From the NCBI GenBank assembly GCA_019245115.1, contig JAFARZ010000211.1, positions 36,688-100,687 of the forward strand: a DNA stretch of 64,000 nucleotides, given 5' to 3'. A program made the position numbers and the translations under genes. Origin of the DNA: Streptosporangiaceae bacterium. GTDB lineage: Bacteria > Actinomycetota > Actinomycetes > Streptosporangiales > Streptosporangiaceae. The notes below the pieces were generated by a model. It searched no databases and was not told where the DNA came from. It worked only from the letters and a program-made list of their open reading frames with translations. Shown here piece by piece: positions 9,025 to 18,572 of the stretch (positions within the stretch are counted from its first letter, which is position 1; each line of letters opens with the position of its first letter).

Positions 9025-9635
9025 TGGAATTCCGGATCGTCGCATGACGTCATCGGTACGGCGCACTCGATCAGCCGGGGGAACTTTCGTTCCGGCAGCA
9101 TGGACAACTCGATCCGGGCCCGCCGCATCTCCTCGGCGTTTTCCTCGGCGGACAGGCCGGCCTTGTTCCCCGGTTCGCTCATCACCAGCATGATCGCGGT
9201 CCATAGCGTGCTCCGGGCGATTTCGGCGGCCTGCCAGGGGTCGAACCCGGCACCACGAAGGATCTCCAGCGCGGCCTCGGCGGCGGCGAGCGCCGCTTCG
9301 TTCCGCTTCTCGTGCTCCAGCAAGAGCTGGGGCGCGGCCGGATGGGCGCGCAGCACCCCGATGAGGGACTCCAGGCCGCCGCGCAGCTGATCCGGCCACG
9401 GGACGGAGCTGTCGGTGGTCACCTGGACCTCGCTCCAGACCCGCTCGGCGAGGCACTCCATCAGATCGTCCTTGCTGCGGAAATGCCAGTACAGCGCCAT
9501 CGCCGTGACGCCGAGGTGGTGAGCGAGCTTGCGGATGGTCAGCGCGTCAAGCCCTTCGGCATCGGCGAGCTTGAGCGCATGGTCAACCACGGTGGCCTTG
9601 CTCAGCCGTGGCCGCGCGGCTTCGTCGTCTGCCAA
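8946..9635 (-). CDS. TetR-family transcriptional regulator
   Basis: 229 aa with N-terminal HTH (LDALTIRKLAHHLGVTAMALYWHFRSKDDL). TTG start. Divergent from an MFS gene. Confidence 0.9.
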   Translation of the reverse strand: MADDEAARPRLSKATVVDHALKLADAEGLDALTIRKLAHHLGVTAMALYWHFRSKDDLMECLAERVWSEVQVTTDSSVPWPDQLRGGLESLIGVLRAHPAAPQLLLEHEKRNEAALAAAEAALEILRGAGFDPWQAAEIARSTLWTAIMLVMSEPGNKAGLSAEENAEEMRRARIELSMLPERKFPRLIECAVPMTSCDDPEFHYRVGVDLFLAGVESLAERGTTSPDS

Positions 9636-9688
9636 CTAATTCGCCATCCCTTCTGGCCTTCATGGTCCGCTCCTCGCCCTTGACAACT

Positions 9689-9761
9689 ATACGACGTACA
9701 AGTGATGATGGCGAGCATGTCCTATACAAGGTACAAGAACGATGTACAGATACGACGTACA
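9689..9761. promoter_or_regulatory. Duplicated 12-mer ATACGACGTACA, candidate TetR operators
   Basis: Exact copies at 9689-9700 and 9750-9761, each containing the TACGnCGTA palindrome. TTGACA lies at 9680-9685. Confidence 0.4.
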
Positions 9762-11186
9762 GCCGAGGGTGCGGACCCTCGCAGATGGCTGACTCTGGTG
9801 GCGGTCAGCCTCGCCACCTTCATGGCCTACCTGGACAACAACGTGACCAATGTCGCGATCCCCACGATCCAGCGGAGCCTGCACCTGTCGGTGGCCGGCC
9901 TGGAGTGGGTGGTCAGCAGCTACCTGCTGACGCTGGCCGGACTGCTGCTGGTCGGCGGCCGGCTCGCCGACCTGTACGGCCGCCGTCGCCTGTTCCTGAT
10001 CGGGCTGGCCATGTTCACGCTGTCCTCGCTGTCCGCCGGACTGGCCGGCAGCGGCGGCATGCTGATCGCGAGCCGGGCAGTGCAAGGGGTCGGCGCCGCG
10101 TTCTTGATGCCCACCACGCTGGCCATCATCATGGCCACCTTCACCAGCGTGCGGGAGCGCACCACCGCGATAGGTATCTGGACCGCGATCGGTGCCATGG
10201 GCCTGGCGCTCGGCCCGGTGATCGGCGGCCTGATCAGCCAGCACATCCGCTGGGGCTGGATCTTCCTGATCAACGTCCCGGTCGGGGTGGTCACGTTCGG
10301 GATCGCCGCTCCGGTCATGCGCGAGTCGCGGGCCCCATCAGCGGTACGAAGCCTCGACGCCGGCGGCCTGATCACCTCGGCGGTCGCCCTGTTCGCGCTG
10401 ACCTACGCGCTGATCGAGGGGCACGACAAGGGCTGGACCTCGGCGCAGATCATGGCGTCGTTCGCGGTCGCCGCGGTGGCCGCGGTGATCTTCTGGGGCG
10501 TCGAATCCCGCGTCGAGCACCCCATGGTGGACCTGCGGATCTTCGGCATCCGCCAGTTCAGCGGCGGTACCAGCACGATGATGATCTGGGCGTTCGGGAT
10601 TCTCGGCATCTACTTCTTCACGTCGCTCTACCTCCAGGGCATCCTCGGCTTCTCGCCGACCAGGGCTGGCCTGGCCTTCGTCCCGATGGCGATCACCCTG
10701 GCCGTGTTCGCCGGGATCGCCCCCCGGGTCGAGGCGCGGGTCGGCGGCCATCGCGCGGTCGCGCTCGGCATGGCGCTGATGGTCGCCGGCCTGGTCCTGT
10801 TCGCCCGGCTCGGCCAGCAGGCGAGCTTCGGTTCGCTGGTGCCCGGGTTCATGGTGTTCGGCGCCGGAGCGGGCCTGATGAACGTGCCGGTGACCAACGC
10901 GGTGCTGGAAGCGATCCCGCAGGCGCGCGCCGGGGTCGCCTCCGCGCTGCTCAATGCCTCGCGTGAGGTCGCCGGGCTGCTGGGGATCACGGTCATCGGG
11001 GCGGTCCTGCGGTCCAGCCAGGCCGCCGCGCTGCGGAGCGGCTCGAACCCGGTGCACGCCTTCGTCGACGGTTACCACAGCGGTCTGTGGGTCACCATTG
11101 CCCTGCTGGCGGTCGGTGTGGTCCTCAGCTACCTGACGTTGCGGCCCGCTGCGGCGGATCGCCCGATAGCAGGCGTTCCGGAATAG
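9702..11186 (+). CDS. MFS transporter, DHA2 efflux type
   Basis: RRWLTLVAVSLATFMAYLDNNVTNVAIP and GGRLADLYGRRRLF motifs. Start ambiguous between ATG 9702/9705/9708 and 9717. Confidence 0.85.
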   Translation: MMMASMSYTRYKNDVQIRRTAEGADPRRWLTLVAVSLATFMAYLDNNVTNVAIPTIQRSLHLSVAGLEWVVSSYLLTLAGLLLVGGRLADLYGRRRLFLIGLAMFTLSSLSAGLAGSGGMLIASRAVQGVGAAFLMPTTLAIIMATFTSVRERTTAIGIWTAIGAMGLALGPVIGGLISQHIRWGWIFLINVPVGVVTFGIAAPVMRESRAPSAVRSLDAGGLITSAVALFALTYALIEGHDKGWTSAQIMASFAVAAVAAVIFWGVESRVEHPMVDLRIFGIRQFSGGTSTMMIWAFGILGIYFFTSLYLQGILGFSPTRAGLAFVPMAITLAVFAGIAPRVEARVGGHRAVALGMALMVAGLVLFARLGQQASFGSLVPGFMVFGAGAGLMNVPVTNAVLEAIPQARAGVASALLNASREVAGLLGITVIGAVLRSSQAAALRSGSNPVHAFVDGYHSGLWVTIALLAVGVVLSYLTLRPAAADRPIAGVPE

Positions 11187-11196
11187 TGGTTGATGT

Positions 11197-11245
11197 GGTG
11201 AGTGTGCCATTACAGACAACATGAGGTATGCAATGGCACATGCAC
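11197..11245. repeat. Degenerate member of the GGTGAATGTGCCAT palindrome family (copy P3)
   Basis: GGTGAGTGTGCCAT-N22-ATGGCACATGCAC, 11 nt after the MFS stop. Arms differ from P1/P2 at 1-2 positions. Confidence 0.5.
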
Positions 11246-11440
11246 TACATGGAGGCGATGGTGCTGTCGTGTACGAGTCGCCCGTATTGTCCGATTGTGA
11301 CCACCTTTGCGGGTGCCGTCGCCGAGTGGCCGCGAAGCGCGGCGGAAGACCCGGCGATAACGGCCGCACCTTCTGGCGGCAGAGACGTGACCGCCGGGCG
11401 TCGAATGCGGCACAATCGGCATATTCACTAGAGGAGGGGC

Positions 11441-12337
11441 TTGGTGGTGAATTCGGGCAATCGTGGCTCCGTTAGTTCTTCCGTCGGAGGTACCCCTGCT
11501 CCCGAGCCCCGGCAGGGGATGCCCTCCACGGGATCTCCCGGGCTGGACTGGCGGACGAACTTCCGGCCAGACATCCCCAGCGCGGCCCGCGTCTACGACT
11601 ACCTGCTCGGGGGCAAGGATAATTACCCGGTCGACCGGGAATTGGCCCGGTCGATGATGGCCAAGCTGCCGAATGTGCGGACCGCCGCGCAGTGGAACCG
11701 GGCGTTTCTCCAGCGTGTTGTCCGCTACCTGGTCGGCGAGATCGGCATCAGGCAGATCATCGACATCGGCGCGGGACTGCCTTCGGTCGGAAACACCCAC
11801 GAAGTGGCGTTCGACGTGGCGCGAGATGCGAGGGTGGTCTATGTGGACCATGATCCTGTGGTCCTCGCACATGGCCGGGACATGCTCCAGGGAATCCGGA
11901 ACGCGGTGATTATCGAGCACGATCTGCTGGAGCCGGAAGCCATACTGGCCGATCCCGTGCTGACCAAGCTGATCGATTTCTCCGAGCCGGCCCTGCTCAT
12001 GTTCCTTGGCATCCTCCACTTTGTTTCGGACGACGCGGATCCGGCGGACCTCATAACGCGCTTGCACGCGCCGTTCCCGTCTGGCAGCCATGTAGCGATC
12101 TCGCACGCCACATCGGATGCCACTCCCGAGGTGCGCGACGTGGGGCGGGACTTCGACCGGGCGACCGAGCAGGTACATATCCGCACCCGGGCCGAGGTGC
12201 TGGACCTGGCCGCGGGGCTTGAGCCGGTCCCGCCCGGTCTGGTCTGGCTACCCGAGTGGCGGCCCGATCCAGGCACCGACATGCCCGGAAACGTCACCGA
12301 GTCCTACGTCTGCGCCCTGGTAGCCACCAAGCCCTAG
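11441..12337 (+). CDS. SAM-dependent methyltransferase (DUF574-type)
   Basis: PSAARVYDYLLGGKDNYPVDRE...IRQIIDIGAGLPS is characteristic. RBS GAGGAGGGG at 11431-11439. Start is TTG 11441 or GTG 11444/11447. Confidence 0.85.
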   Translation: MVVNSGNRGSVSSSVGGTPAPEPRQGMPSTGSPGLDWRTNFRPDIPSAARVYDYLLGGKDNYPVDRELARSMMAKLPNVRTAAQWNRAFLQRVVRYLVGEIGIRQIIDIGAGLPSVGNTHEVAFDVARDARVVYVDHDPVVLAHGRDMLQGIRNAVIIEHDLLEPEAILADPVLTKLIDFSEPALLMFLGILHFVSDDADPADLITRLHAPFPSGSHVAISHATSDATPEVRDVGRDFDRATEQVHIRTRAEVLDLAAGLEPVPPGLVWLPEWRPDPGTDMPGNVTESYVCALVATKP

Positions 12338-12483
12338 CGGCAGCCTGAGGTATAGGAGTACCGCTCACATGCGCTGTTCTTGACGCCGACCGCGGTGGAA
12401 AGCCAGATGATCGCCAGGACCGAAAGCGCTAGGGCGAGAAGCACGGCGATTGCCGCCTGGACGGTTATACGTTGCACGCGCAT
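12334..12483 (-). CDS. Unannotated 49-aa single-TM small protein, last gene of the arc operon
   Basis: Below the ORF-track cutoff. GGAGG lies 3 nt before the ATG (12483), which is 13 nt after the arcA stop. MRVQRITVQAAIAVLLALALSVLAIIWLSTAVGVKNSACERYSYTSGCR, GC3 about 77%. Confidence 0.4.
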   Translation of the reverse strand: MRVQRITVQAAIAVLLALALSVLAIIWLSTAVGVKNSACERYSYTSGCR

Positions 12484-12496
12484 GCCTCCGGTTCGG

Positions 12497-13753
12497 CTAG
12501 TAGTCCACCGCGTCGCGGATCAGCGGGCAGGTCATGCAGTGCCCTCCGCCACGGCCACGGCCCAGTTCGGCGCCGACGATGGTAATAACCTCGATCCCGG
12601 CCTTGCGCAGCAGGGAATTGGTACGGGTGTTCCGGTCGTAGGCGACCACCACGCCAGGTGAGACGGCGACGAGGTTGTTGCCACTGTCCCATTGCTGCCG
12701 TTCGTCGGCGTATGCCTCGCCATCGAGGTTGACGACCCGCATCCGTGGGAGGTTCAAGGCGGCGGCCACCACGTCGGTGAACGAGTCTTTCTCGGCGGTG
12801 ACCTCGACCTGGGTTTTGTCGCCGGGCCTGAGCGTGAACGCTTCGATGCCGTCGACGATCTTCGGGAAGGTGGTCACGCAGTCGCGGTCGGCGAAGGTGA
12901 AGACCGTGTCCAGGTGCATGGCCGCGCGCAGTTTCGGCATGCCCGCCACGATCACCCGCTCGGCCGCGCCGTGATCGAACAGGGCCGCCGCGACCTGGGT
13001 GATCGCCTGGCGAGAGGTGCGCTCGCTCATCCCGATCAGTACTACGCCGTTGCCGGCCGGCATCACGTCTCCGCCCTCGAACGTGGCCTGGCCCCAGTCC
13101 TTTTCCGGATCGCCCCACCAGATCCGCGCACCGGTAAAGTCAGGATGGAAGGTGTAGATCGCCTTCATCAGCAGGGTCTCGTCGTGCCTTGCCGGCCAGT
13201 ACAGCGGGTTGAGCGTCACGCCGCCGTAGATCCAGCAGGTGGTGTCGCGGGTGTACAGAGTGTTCGGCAGCGGTGGCATGAGGTACTCGCGGATGCCGGT
13301 GTGCTCGCGGGCCAGCGCGAGATAGCCCGAGCGGAAATCCTGGGGTAGATCGGCGGTAGACAGCCCGCCGATCAGGAACTCCGCTAGCTTTCGTGGTTCA
13401 AGGCCGTCCAGGAAGGACCGCGTGTCGGCGACCAGCCCGAGGCCCACCTCGTTGGCGGTGACCTTGCGGTCGAGCAACCAGCGCTTCGCCTCCGGGCTGG
13501 CCAGGATTTCGGTCAGCAGGGTGTGAAGTTCCACCACCTCGACGCCGCGCTCGCGCATCCTGCTGACGAAGTCGAAGTGGTCACGACGGGCGTTCTGCAC
13601 CCATAGCACGTCATCGAACAGCAGGTCATCGCAGTTCGTCGGGGTCAGCCGCTCGTGAGCCAGCCCCGGGGCGCATACCAGGACTTTACGCAGCCAGCCG
13701 ACTTCGGAGTACACGCCGTACGATGCGGCCGGGGACGGAGTGGTATCTGTCAT
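12497..13753 (-). CDS. arcA: Arginine deiminase
   Basis: 418 aa. [17 protein letters not shown] near the N-terminus and the catalytic-Cys C-terminus [13 protein letters not shown]. Confidence 0.95.
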   Translation of the reverse strand: MTDTTPSPAASYGVYSEVGWLRKVLVCAPGLAHERLTPTNCDDLLFDDVLWVQNARRDHFDFVSRMRERGVEVVELHTLLTEILASPEAKRWLLDRKVTANEVGLGLVADTRSFLDGLEPRKLAEFLIGGLSTADLPQDFRSGYLALAREHTGIREYLMPPLPNTLYTRDTTCWIYGGVTLNPLYWPARHDETLLMKAIYTFHPDFTGARIWWGDPEKDWGQATFEGGDVMPAGNGVVLIGMSERTSRQAITQVAAALFDHGAAERVIVAGMPKLRAAMHLDTVFTFADRDCVTTFPKIVDGIEAFTLRPGDKTQVEVTAEKDSFTDVVAAALNLPRMRVVNLDGEAYADERQQWDSGNNLVAVSPGVVVAYDRNTRTNSLLRKAGIEVITIVGAELGRGRGGGHCMTCPLIRDAVDY

Positions 13754-13763
13754 TCCGGTTCTC

Positions 13764-15215
13764 CTAGATGGTGATCGCGCCGCTCGCCAGCGCTACGATC
13801 CCGGTGATGAAGCCGGCGACGGCGATGACGAGGATGACTAGCTCCGCCGCGGAGAAGAGCCGCCGATTCTGCTCCCGCCGGGACATGATGAACAAGATCG
13901 TGCCGGGCGTGTAGATGATGAGCGACAGCAGCAGGAAGGTGACGCCCGCGGCGAAGACCAGGAACACGGTGTAGAAGGTGGCCAGCCCAGCGGCGAACAC
14001 TGCCCTGTTCCGGCTGCGCGGTGCCGTATCGTACGTTTCCCCGCTGGCCCCGAGCTTCAGGGCGTACCCGGCGGCGAGCAGGTAGGGGACGAGCGACAGC
14101 GAGCTGCATAGCTTCAGCATGAACGTGAAGGCATCGGAGGAGACCAGCGTGACCAGCAGCGCGGCCTGGATCAGGATGCTGGTCATCACCAGCGCGGGGA
14201 CCGGGACGCTTTTATCGCTGGTCCGGCGGAGGAAGGACGGCATGTCCTTGTCCTTGGCCGCCACGAACAGCACCTCGGCGGCCATCATCGTCCACGCCAG
14301 GTACGCGCCGAGCACTGACACGATCACCCCGACGCTGATGAACGCCAGCCCCCAGTGACCGACCACCGCTTCCATCGCTCCGGCCATCGACGGCTGCCGC
14401 AACTTCTCCAGCTCCGCACGGGACAAAATGCCATAGGAGAAGATCGTCACCGCGGCGAACAGCGCCAGCACGCCGAGGAACCCCATAACGGTGGCGCGGC
14501 CCACGTCTTGCCGCCGTCTGGCATACCTCGAGTACACGCTGGCGCCCTCGATGCCCAAGAACACGAACACCGTGATCAGCATGGTTCCCCGCACCTGGTC
14601 AAACAGGGCGCTGGCGGTCTTCGGCTCGCCACCCCAGAAGTTCGCACTGAACACGTGCGCCTTCAGCGCGAAGATCGCGACGACGACGAAAGTCAGGATC
14701 GGGACTATCTTGGCCACGGTCACGACCTTGTTGATCGTCGCGGCCTCCCGCATCCCGCGAGTGATCAGGATGTGGAAGATCCACAAGCCCGCTGATCCCA
14801 GTGCCACCGCGGCCAGCGTGTCGCCATGACCGAACACCCCCGGCCACAGCAGCCCCAGGGTAGAGGTGATCAGCACCCAGTAGGTGACGTTGCCGATGCA
14901 CGCGCTGGCCCAGTACCCGAAGGCGGAGAAGAAGCCCAGGTACTCACCGAAACCGGCCTTCGCGTAGGCGTACACTCCCGCGTCCAGTTCAGGCTTGCGC
15001 ACCGCCAGCGTCTGGAACACGAACGCCAGCATCAGCATCCCGGTGCCCGCGATCACCCACGCGATCAGGGCGCCAAATATTCCAGTGGACAGGGCGAAGT
15101 TACGGGGCAGCGAGAAGACCCCCGCGCCGACCATCGACCCCACCACCATCGCGGTCAGCGTGGTCAGCGGGAACTTCCGCACCTCCGCCGGGGCCTCGGC
15201 CTTGACGGTTGTCAC
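13764..15215 (-). CDS. arcD: Arginine/ornithine antiporter (APC superfamily, APA family)
   Basis: 483 aa. [22 protein letters not shown]...[29 protein letters not shown] resembles ArcD/YdgI. GTGA overlap with the upstream gene. Confidence 0.9.
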   Translation of the reverse strand: MTTVKAEAPAEVRKFPLTTLTAMVVGSMVGAGVFSLPRNFALSTGIFGALIAWVIAGTGMLMLAFVFQTLAVRKPELDAGVYAYAKAGFGEYLGFFSAFGYWASACIGNVTYWVLITSTLGLLWPGVFGHGDTLAAVALGSAGLWIFHILITRGMREAATINKVVTVAKIVPILTFVVVAIFALKAHVFSANFWGGEPKTASALFDQVRGTMLITVFVFLGIEGASVYSRYARRRQDVGRATVMGFLGVLALFAAVTIFSYGILSRAELEKLRQPSMAGAMEAVVGHWGLAFISVGVIVSVLGAYLAWTMMAAEVLFVAAKDKDMPSFLRRTSDKSVPVPALVMTSILIQAALLVTLVSSDAFTFMLKLCSSLSLVPYLLAAGYALKLGASGETYDTAPRSRNRAVFAAGLATFYTVFLVFAAGVTFLLLSLIIYTPGTILFIMSRREQNRRLFSAAELVILVIAVAGFITGIVALASGAITI

Positions 15216-16771
15216 TCGCCCGCCCCCTGAACGTGGGCCGGATCATCACCCGGGTTGATGGTCGTGGAGAACTCCCGGGGCGCGGCGCCGGACCGCCCCG
15301 GCTCGACGGGCGCCGTTTTCTCGATCCTGAATCCGGTGATCCCGTACAGGACGCTCAGCGCCGGGCTCGCGTAACAGAAGATCGCGAACGGCAGGTATCG
15401 GAACGCCGAGACACCAAGCACGGCGCCCATGTACGCACCGCACGAGTTCCAGGCGATCAATGGCGAGCTGACCGTCGCGCTGTCGGCTGCCAGCCGGGAG
15501 AGATTGAACGGGGCTAGGCCGCGGCGGGCGAACTCGGCCCGGAACACCTTCACCGGCAGCACCAGGGCGATGTATTGATCGCCGGCGACGACATTGAGTC
15601 CGAAGGCTATGGCGAAAACGGTAGCGAAAAGCCTGCCCGTGCTCCTGGCCGCACGTATGAGCGGGTCGACCAGCCGGGAGATCAACCCGAAATGTTCAAG
15701 CAGCGTGCCGAACGTCACCGCGCCGATGATCAGCCAGACGGTCAGCAGCACGCTGTGCATGCCGCCCCGCGACAGCAGCCGGTCGATCTCTCCGGTGCCG
15801 GATCTGATCGAGAACCCGTTCGCCATTGCCAGCCAGATGCCCTTGATCGAGCCGACCACCGCTCCGGTGTCCTTGCCCACGAAATCCGCCATCACCTGGG
15901 GCTGCAGGAAGGCCCCCAGCACGCCCGCGAACAGCGCCGCGGCCGTCAGTGCCAGCGGAGCCGCCACCTTGCGGAAGGACAGCACGCCGAGTAGTAGCAG
16001 CGGCAGCAGATTCCAGCCGTTGACGTGGTAAATCTCGCCGATCTTTTTCAGCTCGATGTCTGTCGGCACCGGCGCGTGCACCTGCGCGCCCTTGACCAGG
16101 CCGAACACGAGCAGCACCACAAGGGCGATCATGAACGCCGGTACCGAGGTCCACGCCTGGCGCTTGACATGGTCCTCGACCCGGACCTTGACCAGCTGGG
16201 CGGTCAGGACCGTCGTCTCCGACAACGGTGAGAGCTTGTCTCCCAGGTAAGCACCCGAAACCACCGCCCCCGCGGTGATCGCGGTGGAGACGCCGATCCC
16301 GGAAGCCACGGCGACAAGGCCGACGCCGATCGTCCCCGCTGTGGTCCACGAGCTGCCGATGGTCAGCGAGACGATCCCGCAGATCAGCGCGCTGGCCCCG
16401 TAATACCACGCGGGCGAGAGAATTTTGATGCCGTAGTAGATGAGGGTCGGGATCGTACCGGACAGATTCCACACGCCGATCAATGCGCCAACCGCGAGCA
16501 GGATGAAAATCGCGCTCGCGATTGACGCCAGAGAATTCTGTGCCGCGTGCTGCACCTCATCCCAGGAATAACCGTTCTTCAGAACGATCACCGCGACGGC
16601 CAGTACGCACAGGATCAGCGCCACCTGGATCGGGCCATCCAGAGCGTCAAGACCAAACAATGCCAGCGAGCCAGCTATGAGCACGACCAGGGTGACCAGC
16701 GGGATGATGGCATCCGCCAGCGACGGATCGCGGACCTGTCCCGGCCCCCCAGGCGCGTCTGCGGTGATCAT
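15212..16771 (-). CDS. NhaC-family antiporter-type membrane carrier
   Basis: Start MITADAPGG with GGAGG 9 nt upstream. Polytopic sequence with NhaC-like architecture. First gene of the arc operon. Confidence 0.8.
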   Translation of the reverse strand: MITADAPGGPGQVRDPSLADAIIPLVTLVVLIAGSLALFGLDALDGPIQVALILCVLAVAVIVLKNGYSWDEVQHAAQNSLASIASAIFILLAVGALIGVWNLSGTIPTLIYYGIKILSPAWYYGASALICGIVSLTIGSSWTTAGTIGVGLVAVASGIGVSTAITAGAVVSGAYLGDKLSPLSETTVLTAQLVKVRVEDHVKRQAWTSVPAFMIALVVLLVFGLVKGAQVHAPVPTDIELKKIGEIYHVNGWNLLPLLLLGVLSFRKVAAPLALTAAALFAGVLGAFLQPQVMADFVGKDTGAVVGSIKGIWLAMANGFSIRSGTGEIDRLLSRGGMHSVLLTVWLIIGAVTFGTLLEHFGLISRLVDPLIRAARSTGRLFATVFAIAFGLNVVAGDQYIALVLPVKVFRAEFARRGLAPFNLSRLAADSATVSSPLIAWNSCGAYMGAVLGVSAFRYLPFAIFCYASPALSVLYGITGFRIEKTAPVEPGRSGAAPREFSTTINPGDDPAHVQGAGE

Positions 16772-16956
16772 TGTCGCTAACCTCCGGATGCGGACCTCCC
16801 GAACCATCCCCCGTGGCGGTGATCGCAAACGAAAGTCCCAGGTAGGCGACCTAATGGCCTTTCCGTTATGTACCAATTGTCGCACGCGGCAATCGCCTCA
16901 ATTCCATTTGGTACCTCTCCGGTGACGCCGATCGCCGGGAACACGATGTCTGGTAT

Positions 16957-18039
16957 ATGCTCCCGTGTCCGCTTACACTCGAAAATGTAGACGAGTACGG
17001 TGTCAGGCATCTGGTCGCGGTCACCCGGGCCGCGGCCCGGTTCTTCGCTTGCCTGGCCGAGGGCAGCTGGGTGCCGGGATACTTGGCCAGTCGCGGGTTC
17101 GAGCCTGACACGTGGCGGTGGCGGGGTGTCGGCTACGCGCCGGCGGCATGGGACGAGCTCACCGCTCATCTACGCGACCTCGGTTTCACCGATCCGGCGA
17201 TCCGCGCCGCTGGTCTGGCAAAGTGGTCAGGACGCGGCGCCCTGATCGACATATTCCGGGACCGTGTCATGTTTCCGATCCGGTCCATGGACGGCACCGT
17301 GGCCGGCTTCATCGGTCGCGCGCCACCTGGCGCCGACCCATCCATACCGGCCTACCTGAATAGCCCCACGAGCGCCCTTTACCGGAAAGGGCAAGTGCTG
17401 TTCGGCCTCTGTGAGGCACAGCCAGCAGTCGCCACCGGCAGCCGCCTGGTGATTACCGAGGGTCCACTGGACGCCATGGCGGTTACCGTCGCCGATCCGG
17501 CCAGGTACGCGGGAGTGGCCCTTTGCGGCACCGCGCTGACCCACGGGCAAGCCCGTCTGCTCGCCACCCTCGACTGGGCACGTGTTCCCGCGCGGCATGA
17601 TCCCTGCCTTGGCGCGGCGGGTGTGGTGGTCGCGCTGGACGGGGATCGGGCCGGCCGCCTCGCGGCGGTCCGGGCCCATCGGCTGTTGCGAGGGGTAACC
17701 GACGATCTCGCCGCCGTTTCCTTCCCGCCCGGTTCGGACCCAGCGAGTTACTTCCGCGAGCACGGCTCCGCGGCTCTGGCCGGGCTGCTCGATTCGTCGG
17801 CGCGCCCGCTGGCGGACCTGGTCATCGACGGGACCGCCGCCAGGTTCGACCGATGGGTGGAGTTCACCGACGGGAAGTTCCTCGCGCTCCGCGCGGTCGC
17901 GCCGCTGATCGCCGGGCTGCCGCCCGGCCAGGTGGCCCGTCAGGTCGCCCGCGTCGCGGAACGCCTGGCCCTCACCCACGCCGAAGTGACCGAAGCCGTG
18001 ACCACCGCCCTCTCCGAGTCACCCCCGCCAGCCCCTTGA
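16957..18039 (+). CDS. DnaG-like primase core / Toprim-domain protein lacking the zinc-finger domain
   Basis: YLASRGF...RDRVMFPIRSMDGTVAGFIGR...YLNSP...LYRKGQVLFG...ITEGPLDAMAV...VALDGDRAGR. An in-frame stop at 16852 leaves no room for a CHC2 finger. Confidence 0.7.
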   Translation: MLPCPLTLENVDEYGVRHLVAVTRAAARFFACLAEGSWVPGYLASRGFEPDTWRWRGVGYAPAAWDELTAHLRDLGFTDPAIRAAGLAKWSGRGALIDIFRDRVMFPIRSMDGTVAGFIGRAPPGADPSIPAYLNSPTSALYRKGQVLFGLCEAQPAVATGSRLVITEGPLDAMAVTVADPARYAGVALCGTALTHGQARLLATLDWARVPARHDPCLGAAGVVVALDGDRAGRLAAVRAHRLLRGVTDDLAAVSFPPGSDPASYFREHGSAALAGLLDSSARPLADLVIDGTAARFDRWVEFTDGKFLALRAVAPLIAGLPPGQVARQVARVAERLALTHAEVTEAVTTALSESPPPAP

Positions 18040-18329
18040 CCGCCGCCGAGCCCGGCACCGGCGCCGCGGCTCGCGGCGAGCTTGGCTTCGATCTCCTCCT
18101 GAAGGTCGACGCCGGTCATCTGGGCCAGGCCGAAAAGGTAGATGGCGGCGCCGGCGAGTTCTTCCCCGACATCGACGCGACCTTTGCGCCACGAATCGAA
18201 GGCTTCGGCTACCTCACCTTGAAGCAGGCAGAACTCCAGCGGCACATCGGCGAGGTTGAATCCCCTGGCCGTCTTGTCATCCCATGCGAGTTGCTGCGCT
18301 GACCGGATCTCCACATCCCCTCCGATCAT
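17940..18329 (-). CDS. MazG-like nucleotide pyrophosphohydrolase domain protein
   Basis: Start MIGGDVEIRSAQQLAWDDKTARGF. Core LEFCLLQGEVAEAFDSWRKG...GEELAGAAIYLFGLAQMTGVDL. The Gly-rich C-terminal tail overlaps the Toprim 3' end by 100 nt. Confidence 0.65.
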   Translation of the reverse strand: MIGGDVEIRSAQQLAWDDKTARGFNLADVPLEFCLLQGEVAEAFDSWRKGRVDVGEELAGAAIYLFGLAQMTGVDLQEEIEAKLAASRGAGAGLGGGQGAGGGDSERAVVTASVTSAWVRARRSATRAT

Positions 18330-18361
18330 CGGTTCCCAGGTCGGCACGGTACCGCGCGCCG

Positions 18362-18501
18362 CCTGTGCATCACCATGTGCATAACCCGCCATCTCCTGTG
18401 GACCGACCGCCGCTTCCGGTGCGATGCGGTGTGCACAGCCAGGGATGAACGACCGACTGGCCTGTGCAGTCGCCTGTGGACAGGTTGTGCCGGCCTGTGG
18501 A
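18362..18501. promoter_or_regulatory. Five phased CCTGTGSA motifs
   Basis: Copies start at 18362, 18395, 18461, 18473 and 18494, with spacings of 33, 66, 12 and 21 nt. A near inverted copy lies at 18432-18438. Confidence 0.4.
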
Positions 18502-18572
18502 CGAGGATCCGCGAGAAAACTTCCCGCAATTCTCGCGCTGCCCAAGCCGGTCGGCTAAGCCGGTCGGCCCAA

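Noticed and set aside
12380-12661. 93-aa plus-strand ORF between the methyltransferase and arcA
   Set aside because: It is antisense to the arcA 3' end and to the better-supported small ORF. It has no RBS and poor composition.
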